Assembly (NCBI GenBank): GCA_040905565.1
Contig: JBBDRF010000006.1
Coordinates: 1 to 11,008 of the forward strand
DNA length: 11,008 nt
Direction of reading: 5' to 3'
Origin: Phycisphaeraceae bacterium
Lineage (GTDB): Bacteria; Planctomycetota; Phycisphaerae; Phycisphaerales; Zrk34
The notes under the pieces were generated by a model. That model was not told the DNA's origin. It ran no database searches and saw nothing but the letters and a program-made list of their open reading frames with translations. Of this stretch, positions 1-7,963 are shown piece by piece; position 1 is the first letter of the stretch, and every line of letters begins with the position of its first letter. The position numbers and the translations under genes are program-made.

Positions 1-126
1 CTCGACGACTGAACACCCACCACATCCGCCCGTCACCGGATCACCGAGCGCTTACGGAGATATGGTTGCTCGCATGATCAACATGAGAACACAATAACCG
101 CTTGTCGATAGCACAGGATACCACCT

Positions 127-639
127 ATGGGCAAGTTACCCGCCATCACTGTCTGCTTGCTTTGCCTGTTTCTGCTATGGCCTTTATTGATGCAACTGGC
201 CGATTGGAATTCGGCGCAACCTGAACGGTATCTGTTTCATGATACGTTCAAGCCTGGGCGCAGCGGCTGGATGATGGTCGATTCAATTGCCCAAGACCTG
301 GACGGCGATTTGTGGCTTACAGATCCGGAATACAGCGCTTACGCGTTCATCAAACGGCCGAATCACGGCGGGACGACATTAAGTACAGTCGCGGCAATCT
401 CAGGACCGGTTTCCCCGACACTGTACCTGGTCGATGGTGACGATGGTGCTATTGTCTTGGAGTATCCACTCACCACTCAAGATGTCGCGTTTTTCGATGC
501 GGATCCACCCGAGGCTGAAGCATTGTTCATTGATTGGATAGCCCGATGGGCAGCAAATCATGAGCATGATGATGTGCTATCTGCCCTTGAAACTTTACGA
601 TTGTGGCCTGCTCCTCCACATTCGCTCCAGACTGAATGA
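127..639 (+). CDS. Hypothetical protein (170 aa) with N-terminal hydrophobic signal/membrane anchor
   Basis: Open 170-codon frame; AGGA upstream of the ATG; hydrophobic N-terminus (LPAITVCLLCLFLLWPLLMQLA). Two 60-nt lines counted by hand gave 48-53% GC, against 73% in one sampled line of the EF-G gene. No family recognised. Confidence 0.65.
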   Translation: MGKLPAITVCLLCLFLLWPLLMQLADWNSAQPERYLFHDTFKPGRSGWMMVDSIAQDLDGDLWLTDPEYSAYAFIKRPNHGGTTLSTVAAISGPVSPTLYLVDGDDGAIVLEYPLTTQDVAFFDADPPEAEALFIDWIARWAANHEHDDVLSALETLRLWPAPPHSLQTE

Positions 640-643
640 GCAA

Positions 644-809
644 GTAGGGTGGGTAGAGCGAAGCGAAACCCACCGGGTTAAGCCCGGTGAACGCATATAC
701 CCGCGATCTACCGCAAGCGGCGCTTCTGTCGCATCATGTATCGACCGGGCGAAACTCTGAACCTACCTCGCGATCAGCGGTGGGTTTCGCTTCGCTCTAC
801 CCACCCTAC
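644..809. repeat. GTAG-type REP inverted doublet (REPIN-like): perfect 32-bp arms at 644-675 and 778-809, 102-bp spacer
   Basis: GTAGGGTGGGTAGAGCGAAGCGAAACCCACCG at 644-675 and its exact reverse complement at 778-809. Each arm is a GTAG tetranucleotide followed by an imperfect hairpin (GGTGGG...CCCACC). It lies between two convergent stop codons (639 and 845). Confidence 0.9.
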
Positions 810-844
810 CAATCCAGCACCGCCCGGGGCGGATGTATCGCCGC

Positions 845-2890
845 TCAATCCTCCACGGCCACGGGCTCGTACTGCTCCGCGATCTGTTGTTGCAGGTGCG
901 TCGGGACGGCATCGTAATGGCTGAATTCCATCGTGAACGTGCCCTGTCCGCCCGTCACGGATTTGAGCTGACTTTGATATTGCCCAAGCTCCGCCAGCGG
1001 CGCGAGGGCCTTGATCAGCATCATCCCGCCCGGCAGCGTGTCGGTCCCCTGAATGCGGCCGCGCTTTCCGGAGAGGTCGCCGGCGATGTCGCCCATGTTC
1101 GCTTCGGGCACCGTAATCTCAAGGTTCACCATCGGCTCAAGCAGCACCGGCCCCGCCTTGCTGATCGCATCGATGAACGCCCGCTTGCCCGCCGTCACGA
1201 ACGCCACTTCTTTTGAATCCACCGGGTGATGCTTGCCGTCGTAAACACTCACGCGGACGTCCTGCATCGGATACCCGCCGATCGCCCCCTCCTCAAGCAC
1301 CATCCGCACGCCCTTCTCGATTGCAGGCACTAAGCTACCCGGTATCGCGCCGCCGAAGATATCGTTGGCGAACTCGAACCCCGCCCCGCGCTCCAGCGGC
1401 TCCACCCGCAAAAACACCTCCCCAAACTGCCCCGCACCGCCCGTCTGCTTCTTGTGGCGATGGTGCCCCTCAGCCTTCTCCGTGATCGTCTCCCGGTACG
1501 CGATCTTCGGCGGGTGCGTGTCCACCTCAACGTGGTACTTCTCCGCCATTTTCTCCAGGCACACCCGCAGATGCAGATCGCCCAGCCCGCGGATGACCGT
1601 CTCATGCGTCACCGCGTTCCGCTCCACCTCAAAACACGGATCCTCCGCCGCCAGTGCCGCCAGCGCCTTCGCGATCTTCGGCTCATCGCCTCGGCTCCGC
1701 GATTCAATCGCCAACCCCTGCATCGGCTTGGGGTACTCAAGCGGCTTCAGGTGAACCTGATTGTGAGCCACCGAATCGTGCAGCACATCGTTGAAGTGAA
1801 TGTCCTCGATCTTCGCCACCGCAGCAATGTCGCCGGGCACACCGGCATCCACCTCCACATGCTCCTTACCCTGTAGCTTGAAAAGGTGCCCCACCTTGAA
1901 CGGCTTCCGCGCGTCGCCGATGTACAGCTGAGAGTCCTTCGTGATCGTCCCCTGATGAATCCGGAAGATGCCAAGCTTGCCCACAAAAGGGTCGATCGTC
2001 ACCTTGAAAACGTGCGCAATCACATGCTTGTCGGGAAACGGCCCATACTGCAAAGGCTCGCTCGTCTCGCCGTCGCCATGCTCAAAAGGATGCGGGTTGC
2101 CCTCCGCGGGATTCGGCGCCAACTTCTCGATGATGCGCAACAGCTCTGCCACGCCCGCCCCTGTCTTCGCGCTGGTGAACGCGATCGGCACCAGATGCCC
2201 CTCACGCAGCGCCTGCTCAAACGGTTCATGAAGCTGATCGCTGCTGATCTCCCCCTGCTCCAGGTACAACGCCATCAGATCTTCATCAACCTCCACCACC
2301 TGCTCCACGATCGCGGTATGGGCCTCAGCCACGCTTGAAAAATCGCTCTCCCCCGAAGCATGGTCGAACACATCGACCACCTTCGCCCCGCCCTCAGCCG
2401 GCAGATTGATCGGCAGGCACACCTTCCCAAACGCCTCCTGAATCTGCTCCAGCAGAGCGGGCAGATCAACGTTCTCATTGTCGATCCGATTGATCACGAT
2501 CATGCGGCAGATCTTCCGCTGCTCCGCCCGCTCCATCATGCGGCGGGCCACCATCTCCACCCCCGCCTGCGCATTGATCACCACCGCTGCCGTTTCAACC
2601 GCAGGCAACGCCGAATACGCCTGCCCCAGAAAGTCCGGATAGCCCGGCGTGTCAATCAAATTGATGTGCTTCCCGTGACTGTCGACATGCGCGATCGCCG
2701 ATTGCAGCGAGTGCCCGTGGCGATGCTCCAGCTCATCGTAATCGGTCACCGTCGTGCCGCGTTCGACCGATCCAACGCTTCCGATCGCCCCCGCCTCGGC
2801 CAGCAACACTTCCACCAGCGTCGTCTTACCCGCGCCACCATGACCGACCATCGCGATATTGCGGATGTCCTGCGTGGTGTACTTCGGCAT
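845..2890 (-). CDS. fusA2: Elongation factor G-like protein (EF-G II / fusA2-type paralog)
   Basis: Five-domain EF-G layout: G1 GHGGAGKTT, G3 DTPGYPDF, G4 NRID, DPFVGKL, GLGDLHL, HKKQTGGAGQFG, HPVDSKEVAF, LLEPM. Start moved to the ATG at 2890 (MPKYTTQDIRNIA), which has a GAGGT Shine-Dalgarno upstream. Confidence 0.93.
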   Translation of the reverse strand: MPKYTTQDIRNIAMVGHGGAGKTTLVEVLLAEAGAIGSVGSVERGTTVTDYDELEHRHGHSLQSAIAHVDSHGKHINLIDTPGYPDFLGQAYSALPAVETAAVVINAQAGVEMVARRMMERAEQRKICRMIVINRIDNENVDLPALLEQIQEAFGKVCLPINLPAEGGAKVVDVFDHASGESDFSSVAEAHTAIVEQVVEVDEDLMALYLEQGEISSDQLHEPFEQALREGHLVPIAFTSAKTGAGVAELLRIIEKLAPNPAEGNPHPFEHGDGETSEPLQYGPFPDKHVIAHVFKVTIDPFVGKLGIFRIHQGTITKDSQLYIGDARKPFKVGHLFKLQGKEHVEVDAGVPGDIAAVAKIEDIHFNDVLHDSVAHNQVHLKPLEYPKPMQGLAIESRSRGDEPKIAKALAALAAEDPCFEVERNAVTHETVIRGLGDLHLRVCLEKMAEKYHVEVDTHPPKIAYRETITEKAEGHHRHKKQTGGAGQFGEVFLRVEPLERGAGFEFANDIFGGAIPGSLVPAIEKGVRMVLEEGAIGGYPMQDVRVSVYDGKHHPVDSKEVAFVTAGKRAFIDAISKAGPVLLEPMVNLEITVPEANMGDIAGDLSGKRGRIQGTDTLPGGMMLIKALAPLAELGQYQSQLKSVTGGQGTFTMEFSHYDAVPTHLQQQIAEQYEPVAVED

Positions 2891-2950
2891 TGCCCACCTC
2901 CGAAAACTGAGTTGTAAAATCCCCGCGCGCCAAACAACCCGCGCCCGCTG

Positions 2951-2980
2951 AGTATAGAAGAACGCCGTGCGCCGAACCAA
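2951..2980 (-). promoter_or_regulatory. Putative sigma70-type promoter of the EF-G-like gene
   Basis: Minus strand TTGGTT-N18-TATACT, about 60 nt upstream of the ATG. Confidence 0.5.
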
Positions 2981-2991
2981 ACATTTTTCAA

Positions 2992-3015
2992 GTTAGCGGC
3001 CGATCGCCGATCGCC
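2992..3015 (+). repeat. Short hairpin repeat copy 1 (GTTAGCGGCCGATC-GCC-GATCGCC); may also act as a hairpin at the 3' end of serS
   Basis: Matches the copies at 7940-7963 and 9608-9631 except at one stem base and in the 3-nt loop. It lies 12 nt past the serS stop. Confidence 0.7.
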
Positions 3016-3027
3016 GCTTCCCGGAGG

Positions 3028-4377
3028 TCAGCCGATCGTCTCGCGGCCGTTCATGTACCGCCGCAGCGCCGTCGGCACCGTGATCGTGCCGTCGGCGTTC
3101 TGATACAGCTCCACGATCGGAATCAGAATCCGCGGGCTCGCCGCCACCGTGTTGTTCAGCGAATGGGCGATCACGTTCTTGCCGTTCTCATCCTTGTACC
3201 GGATGTTCAGCCGTCGGCACTGGTACTCATAAAGCCGACTCGCCGAGTGCGTCTCGCCGTAGCTGTCCCGACTGGGCATCCAGCATTCCACATCGATCAT
3301 GTCCACGTTCTTCGGCCCAAGGTCCGCTGTGCAGCACTGTAGCAACCGGTAAGGCAGCTCCAATTCCTGCAACATCTGCTCAACATAGCTGATCATGTTC
3401 TCATGCCACTTCCGCGATTCCGCCTCGTCCGCCCGGCAGATCACCACCTGCTCGACCTTGTCAAACTGATGAATCCGGTAAAGCCCTGCTGTGTCCTTCC
3501 CCGCCGACCCCGCCTCCCGCCGAAAGCAGGTCGACACCGTCGTGTACTGCCTCGGCAGATCATCCAGTGAGAGAATCTCATCCGCGTGCAGCCCCATCAG
3601 CCCCACCTCGCCGGTCCCCGTCAGGTACATGTCATAGTCGCCCGTCGGGTTCGCCACCGCGTACGCCTGTTCTTTGCCATGCGGGAAGAAGCCGGTCCCC
3701 ACCATCAGATCATCGCGCACCAGCACCGGCACCGAGGCTGCTTCGAACCCGTGCCGCTGCACCATGAAGTCGAACGCGAACTGCAGCACCGCCTGGTGCA
3801 ATTCCATCCCCGCCCCTTTAAGCACATACGAGCGCGACCCCGCCAGCTTCACCCCTCGCTCAAAATCCACCAGCCCCAGCTTCTGCATCAGCTCCACATG
3901 CGACTTGGGCTCAAACCCCTTCTGTTCCGCGAAGTCCCGCTCAGCGTTGAAGTGCTCCGGGTTCCAGGTGCGCAGCTGAACGTTGTCGTCAGCCGACGCG
4001 CCCACCGGCACATCCGCATCGGCAGGCTGAGGCATCGCGAGCCAAAGTTCATCACGCTTGGGCTGCAACGCGCTGATCAGTTCATGAAGCTCATGCTCGC
4101 GATGCTTGATGTCCGCCGGCCGGGCCTGCAGCGCCTTCATCTGCTGCTGAAGCGAAGCCTTCTCGGCGTCATCCGCCTTCTTCAGCCGCCCCGCCAACGT
4201 GCCGATCTCTTTGCCGATGCGGTTCTTCTCCGCAGTGAGTTCCTGCTGCTCGGTCAGCGCCGCCCGCAGCTCGCGATCAAGCTCCAGCAGCCGATCGATA
4301 TCAACGGCCATCCGCTTGGCCTCGGCCCCACGGCGGTAGTGGTCAGGGTTCTCACGCAAATGCTTCAGGTCGATCAT
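3028..4377 (-). CDS. serS: Serine--tRNA ligase
   Basis: MIDLKHLRENP start, N-terminal coiled-coil arm, class II motifs YLTGTGEV, CFRREAGSAGKDTAGLYRIHQFDKVEQ, ETHSAS, HSLNNT, and C-terminal YQNADGTITVPTALRRYM. Confidence 0.98.
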   Translation of the reverse strand: MIDLKHLRENPDHYRRGAEAKRMAVDIDRLLELDRELRAALTEQQELTAEKNRIGKEIGTLAGRLKKADDAEKASLQQQMKALQARPADIKHREHELHELISALQPKRDELWLAMPQPADADVPVGASADDNVQLRTWNPEHFNAERDFAEQKGFEPKSHVELMQKLGLVDFERGVKLAGSRSYVLKGAGMELHQAVLQFAFDFMVQRHGFEAASVPVLVRDDLMVGTGFFPHGKEQAYAVANPTGDYDMYLTGTGEVGLMGLHADEILSLDDLPRQYTTVSTCFRREAGSAGKDTAGLYRIHQFDKVEQVVICRADEAESRKWHENMISYVEQMLQELELPYRLLQCCTADLGPKNVDMIDVECWMPSRDSYGETHSASRLYEYQCRRLNIRYKDENGKNVIAHSLNNTVAASPRILIPIVELYQNADGTITVPTALRRYMNGRETIG

Positions 4378-4418
4378 CGCTCACCATCTTCGTAAAACAG
4401 CCGTCAGACAAGGCGGCT

Positions 4419-4448
4419 ATGGTACGCCCAACCCCATCCAACCGCCAA
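4419..4448 (-). promoter_or_regulatory. Putative sigma70-type promoter of serS
   Basis: Minus strand TTGGCG-N18-TACCAT, 41 nt upstream of the ATG. The same -10 hexamer precedes glyA and the amidohydrolase. Confidence 0.6.
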
Positions 4449-4487
4449 GGCGGACCTTCGTTGCCTCGACCCAGACGCAGCGCCAAT

Positions 4488-4653
4488 ACGAGCCGCGACC
4501 GTAAGGGAGCGGTTGTGCGCAAACCGACTGCGCGCATCAACCCCCATCATCGCTACGTCTGAGATCGATACGCTCTGGTATGCCGATGGCTGTCAATAGC
4601 GTGACGCTTGGGTGGGCTCAACGCACAGCCGCCCCCTCACGGTCGCAGCTCGT
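4488..4653. repeat. Second REP-like inverted doublet: 32-bp arms at 4488-4519 and 4622-4653 (28/32 complementary), 102-bp spacer
   Basis: ACGAGCCGCGACCGTAAGGGAGCGGTTGTGCG versus the reverse complement of 4622-4653, ACGAGCTGCGACCGTGAGGGGGCGGCTGTGCG. The arm folds internally as CCGC-GA-CC-GTAA-GG-GA-GCGG. Confidence 0.85.
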
Positions 4654-4690
4654 CGTCGCACATGCGCTGATTTTTTGAAGGAGCCCCGTC

Positions 4691-5011
4691 TTAGCGTGGG
4701 TCGTCGTGGCGGATCACGCGGACATTGCGTCGGCCGTCGCCGTCGGTCCGCTGGAAGCCCCGCCCCACGTTGCCGACCAGCCGCCCCAGCCGATTCGCCA
4801 TCGCCAGCACCCCGAACACGAGCCCGAACGTCAGTGCGAACGCCAGCCCCAGCACCAGCACCACCGCCACGATCGGCAGCACCACGAACAACAGGCCCGC
4901 CACGATCGCCATGCGCCACACCCAGCTCGGCTGAGCTGCCCACTGCCTGGTGAAGCCGGCGAATCGGGGATCCTGCGAGACGTTGTGTATGTAAAAACGG
5001 AAGTTCTGCAT
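4691..5011 (-). CDS. Small hypothetical membrane protein (106 aa)
   Basis: Central hydrophobic stretch of about 45 aa (likely two TM helices) with a charged C-terminal tail. It fills the gap between glyA and serS on the same strand and has a perfect TATAAT upstream. Confidence 0.8.
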   Translation of the reverse strand: MQNFRFYIHNVSQDPRFAGFTRQWAAQPSWVWRMAIVAGLLFVVLPIVAVVLVLGLAFALTFGLVFGVLAMANRLGRLVGNVGRGFQRTDGDGRRNVRVIRHDDPR

Positions 5012-5049
5012 CGCTCTTTTCGCGTGAAACCGGGGAATGGGACCACGGC

Positions 5050-5055
5050 ATTATA
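5050..5055 (-). promoter_or_regulatory. Putative -10 box (TATAAT) for the small membrane protein gene
   Basis: Consensus TATAAT in a GC-rich context, 38 nt upstream of ATG 5011; the -35 is poor. Confidence 0.55.
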
Positions 5056-5089
5056 GAGCCCCACCCGACTCACGTCGCATGCCGCCCGC

Positions 5090-6385
5090 TCAATGCGGCA
5101 GCGCGAACTTCTTGCAGAGGTCGACCACCTGTCCGCGCACTTCGTCGGCAAGGGCGGCATCATCGGGACCGGCGAGCACGCGGTCGATCAGGTCCGCAAC
5201 CTGCGTCATTTCCGCTTGCTTAAAGCCCCGCGTCGTGAGCGCCGCCGTCCCGAGCCGAAGCCCGCTGGTGACCTTCGGCGGCCGGGGGTCGTTGGGGATG
5301 CCGTTCTTGTTGGTGATGATGCCCGCTCTCTCCAGCGCCTTCTCCGCCACGTCGCCGGTGAGTTCCTCATGGCGTGCGCGAAGGTCGACGAGCATCAGAT
5401 GATTGTCCGTGCCGTGGCTCGTGAGGCGAAAGCCGCGCTCGGTCAGCCCGTCGGCGAGGGCGCGGGCGTTGGCGACAACCTGCCGCCCGTACTTCTTGAA
5501 ATCGTCGGTCAGCGCTTCGCCGAAGCAGACCGCCTTCGCCGCGATCACGTGCATCAACGGCCCGCCCTGCAGGCCTGGGAAAACGGCCCGGTCGATCTTC
5601 TTCGCCAGTTCGCCGTCGTTGGTCATGATCATGCCGCCGCGCGGGCCCCGCAGGGTCTTGTGCGTCGTGGTGGTGACGATGTGAGCGTGCGGGAACGGCG
5701 AAGGATGCACGCCCGCGGCGACCAGCCCGGCGATGTGGGCGATGTCGGCCATGAGCATCGCACCGCATTCGTCAGCGATGGCGCGGAAGCGTTCGAAATC
5801 GATCTCACGCGGGTACGCCGAGTAGCCGCACATCAGAAGCTTCGGCTTGTGCTTGAGGCACACTTCGCGGACGGCGTCGTAGTCGATCTGCTCGAAATGA
5901 TCGCTGGCTTCGTCGTAGATCAGCGGATAGTGCACCGGGCTGAACCATTTGCCCGAGAGGTTGACCTTCAGGCCGTGCGAGAGGTGCCCGCCGTCGGCGA
6001 GGTTCAGCGAGGCGAACGTGTCGCCGGGCTTGAGCAGCGCGAGGAATACAGCGGCATTGGCCGAGGCCCCCGAGTGCGGCTGCACGTTCACGTACTTGCA
6101 GTTGAACAGCTGCTTGGCCCGCTCCCGCGCGAGATTCTCGATCTCATCGTGATACTGGCACCCGCCGTAGTAGCGCGCTCCGGGGTACCCTTCCGCATAC
6201 TTGTTGGTCAGCACGCTGCCGGTGGCGGCCATGACGGCGGGGGAGGCGTGGTTCTCGCTGGCGATGAGTTCGAGCGTATTTTCCTGACGCTCCTGCTCAG
6301 CAGCGATCCACTTCCACGCTTCCGGATCGTGTGCCTGAATCGGGTTGGTCGGCTCGGTCGTGAGGGTCTCGGTATCGCTGGACAT
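5090..6385 (-). CDS. glyA: Serine hydroxymethyltransferase
   Basis: [56 protein letters not shown] lysine motif [31 protein letters not shown]. Start is trimmed to the ATG at 6385 (MSSDTE); the ORF-track extension to 6811 overlaps the kinase and its own promoter. Confidence 0.98.
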   Translation of the reverse strand: MSSDTETLTTEPTNPIQAHDPEAWKWIAAEQERQENTLELIASENHASPAVMAATGSVLTNKYAEGYPGARYYGGCQYHDEIENLARERAKQLFNCKYVNVQPHSGASANAAVFLALLKPGDTFASLNLADGGHLSHGLKVNLSGKWFSPVHYPLIYDEASDHFEQIDYDAVREVCLKHKPKLLMCGYSAYPREIDFERFRAIADECGAMLMADIAHIAGLVAAGVHPSPFPHAHIVTTTTHKTLRGPRGGMIMTNDGELAKKIDRAVFPGLQGGPLMHVIAAKAVCFGEALTDDFKKYGRQVVANARALADGLTERGFRLTSHGTDNHLMLVDLRARHEELTGDVAEKALERAGIITNKNGIPNDPRPPKVTSGLRLGTAALTTRGFKQAEMTQVADLIDRVLAGPDDAALADEVRGQVVDLCKKFALPH

Positions 6386-6428
6386 GGCCACATCTCGCGT
6401 GTTTTGTGAAGGGAAAACAGGGATCGGC

Positions 6429-6457
6429 ATGGTAGCCGAGCCCCGCCGTAGAGGCAA
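6429..6457 (-). promoter_or_regulatory. Putative sigma70-type promoter of glyA
   Basis: Minus strand TTGCCT-N17-TACCAT, 43 nt upstream of the ATG. Confidence 0.7.
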
Positions 6458-6500
6458 CGCAGCCCACGCGCCCCCCCCACGCGCCCCGCGAAGGCGAAAC

Positions 6501-7832
6501 TCAGCGGTGACGCGGCGCCGCCCCGGCCTCGGCGGACTGCTTATCAGCGGACTCAGCAGGCACCGCCTCGAGCAAACCCTCCAGCGTGCCACGGAATCCG
6601 TCGGGCTTGAACTCGTGCACGAACCTGCCGTTGAGTTCGTGTTGCGTGAACCCTTGAACCAGCCCCAGTCCGAGTCCCGCGGGGTTGGGCTCGCGGATCT
6701 CGGGGCCGCCGCTTTCGGTCCATTGCAGCACCAGCAGCCGTTGCTGTTTGTCCTGCTCGCGGAGGTTCCAGCTGATCTCGATGAGCCCGCCCGATCGGCT
6801 GTACGCGCCATGCTTCCGCGAGTTGGTGAACAGCTCGTGAAGGATCATGATCAAAGGCCCCGCCTGCCTCGGCCCGATCGTCACCGTCGGCCCATCCACG
6901 CTGATCGTCAGGTCCTCCGGCCCCGGGCCCCGGAACTGTTCAGAAGTATGGCGGATCAGATCGCTCAGCCGAATCGGTTCCCAGTTCGCCGCGGCGATCA
7001 TCTCGTGCACCGTGGTCATCGCCACGAGCTTCTGCCGCATGAACTCCGCGAAATCGTCGACTGTCTTCGCACTGCGCGCGTACATCGAAAGCAGGGCGTG
7101 CAGACCCGCAAGATTGTTTTTCACCCGGTGATCGAGCTCGTTCAGCAGCAGCTTTCGGCTGTCCGCCAGATCCCGGTAGCGCTGCTCACTCTCACGCAGC
7201 TTCTCCTCCGCTGCGATCCGCTGGGTGATATCCGTCACCGTGGCCAGCGCGCCGGTCACTTCGCCATGCGTGTCAACGATGGGCTGGGAGGTCACAATCG
7301 CCCACACCCGCCGGCCGTCCTGCGTCATGTACCGCGTCTCGTACTGCGCCGCTTCGCCCTGCCACCGCCGTTCCAGCTGCGCCCGCACGTGGGGCAGGAC
7401 ATCAGGGTCGACAAACTCCGTCACGTGCCGACCGAGCATGTCCGCCGGGCGATAGTTCAACAGATGCGCCATCTGCGTGTTCGCAAAGGTGACCTCGCCC
7501 GAACAGTTGAGGATCACGATCCCCTCCATCGCCGTTTCGATGATCATGCGATAGCGCTCTTCGCTCTCGCGCAGCTGATTATGCGAATGCGCCAGCGCCT
7601 GCATGTATCGCACCAGCAGAAGCCACAACAGCCCTGCGGTGATCACGATGAACCCCACGCCCTTGCCGATCTGCCCGTAGACCCACGGATTGCCCTGGCC
7701 CGTGATCCAGCTCATCGCCGCGTCGGACGTGACGATCCAGATCACGCCCAGCAGCAGATACCCCAGCGCCAGGTGCGCAGGGGTCAAGCGAGTCCATCTG
7801 GAAGCATTATGGGGAGTCGCACTGAAACGCAT
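6501..7832 (-). CDS. Membrane-bound PAS-domain sensor histidine kinase, HWE family
   Basis: Two N-terminal TM helices ([31 protein letters not shown]), LRESEERYR linker, PAS/PAC ending in DITQR, H-box [12 protein letters not shown]-box [19 protein letters not shown] and GLGLGLV. Start uncertain (7832 chosen; the ORF track extends to 7910). Confidence 0.92.
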   Translation of the reverse strand: MRFSATPHNASRWTRLTPAHLALGYLLLGVIWIVTSDAAMSWITGQGNPWVYGQIGKGVGFIVITAGLLWLLLVRYMQALAHSHNQLRESEERYRMIIETAMEGIVILNCSGEVTFANTQMAHLLNYRPADMLGRHVTEFVDPDVLPHVRAQLERRWQGEAAQYETRYMTQDGRRVWAIVTSQPIVDTHGEVTGALATVTDITQRIAAEEKLRESEQRYRDLADSRKLLLNELDHRVKNNLAGLHALLSMYARSAKTVDDFAEFMRQKLVAMTTVHEMIAAANWEPIRLSDLIRHTSEQFRGPGPEDLTISVDGPTVTIGPRQAGPLIMILHELFTNSRKHGAYSRSGGLIEISWNLREQDKQQRLLVLQWTESGGPEIREPNPAGLGLGLVQGFTQHELNGRFVHEFKPDGFRGTLEGLLEAVPAESADKQSAEAGAAPRHR

Positions 7833-7938
7833 AGGCGAACCACTCAACGTTCGGGTAGCCCCGCCACCGTCGCCGGGCGTTGCCGCGCGACCGAGACAGT
7901 GTACCGGCAAGGCGGGTGGAGTGGTAGGCAGCGCTGTA

Positions 7939-7963
7939 CGTTAGCGGGCGATCAGAGATCGCC
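7939..7963 (+). repeat. Short hairpin repeat copy 2 (CGTTAGCGGGCGATC-AGA-GATCGCC)
   Basis: 24/25 identical to 9607-9631, with the only difference in the loop; perfect 7-bp stem GGCGATC/GATCGCC. Confidence 0.8.

Noticed and set aside
1..12. Possible 3' end of an upstream gene (CTC GAC GAC TGA)
   Set aside because: Too short to support a call.
127..809. Integron cassette (low-GC ORF plus attC)
   Set aside because: The inverted repeat has GTAG REP ends, not RYYYAAC...GTTRRRY core sites, and no integrase is present.
833..4395. Numerous ORFs overlapping the EF-G paralog and serS
   Set aside because: Arg/Pro/Ala-rich alternative frames inside conserved genes.
4378..4690. T-box leader or tRNA upstream of serS
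   Set aside because: No T-box motif or cloverleaf seen; the region is explained by a proximal promoter and a REP doublet.
6386..6500. Riboswitch (ZMP/ZTP, glycine or THF) upstream of glyA
   Set aside because: No recognisable aptamer consensus, and the predicted promoter leaves only about 36 nt of 5' UTR.
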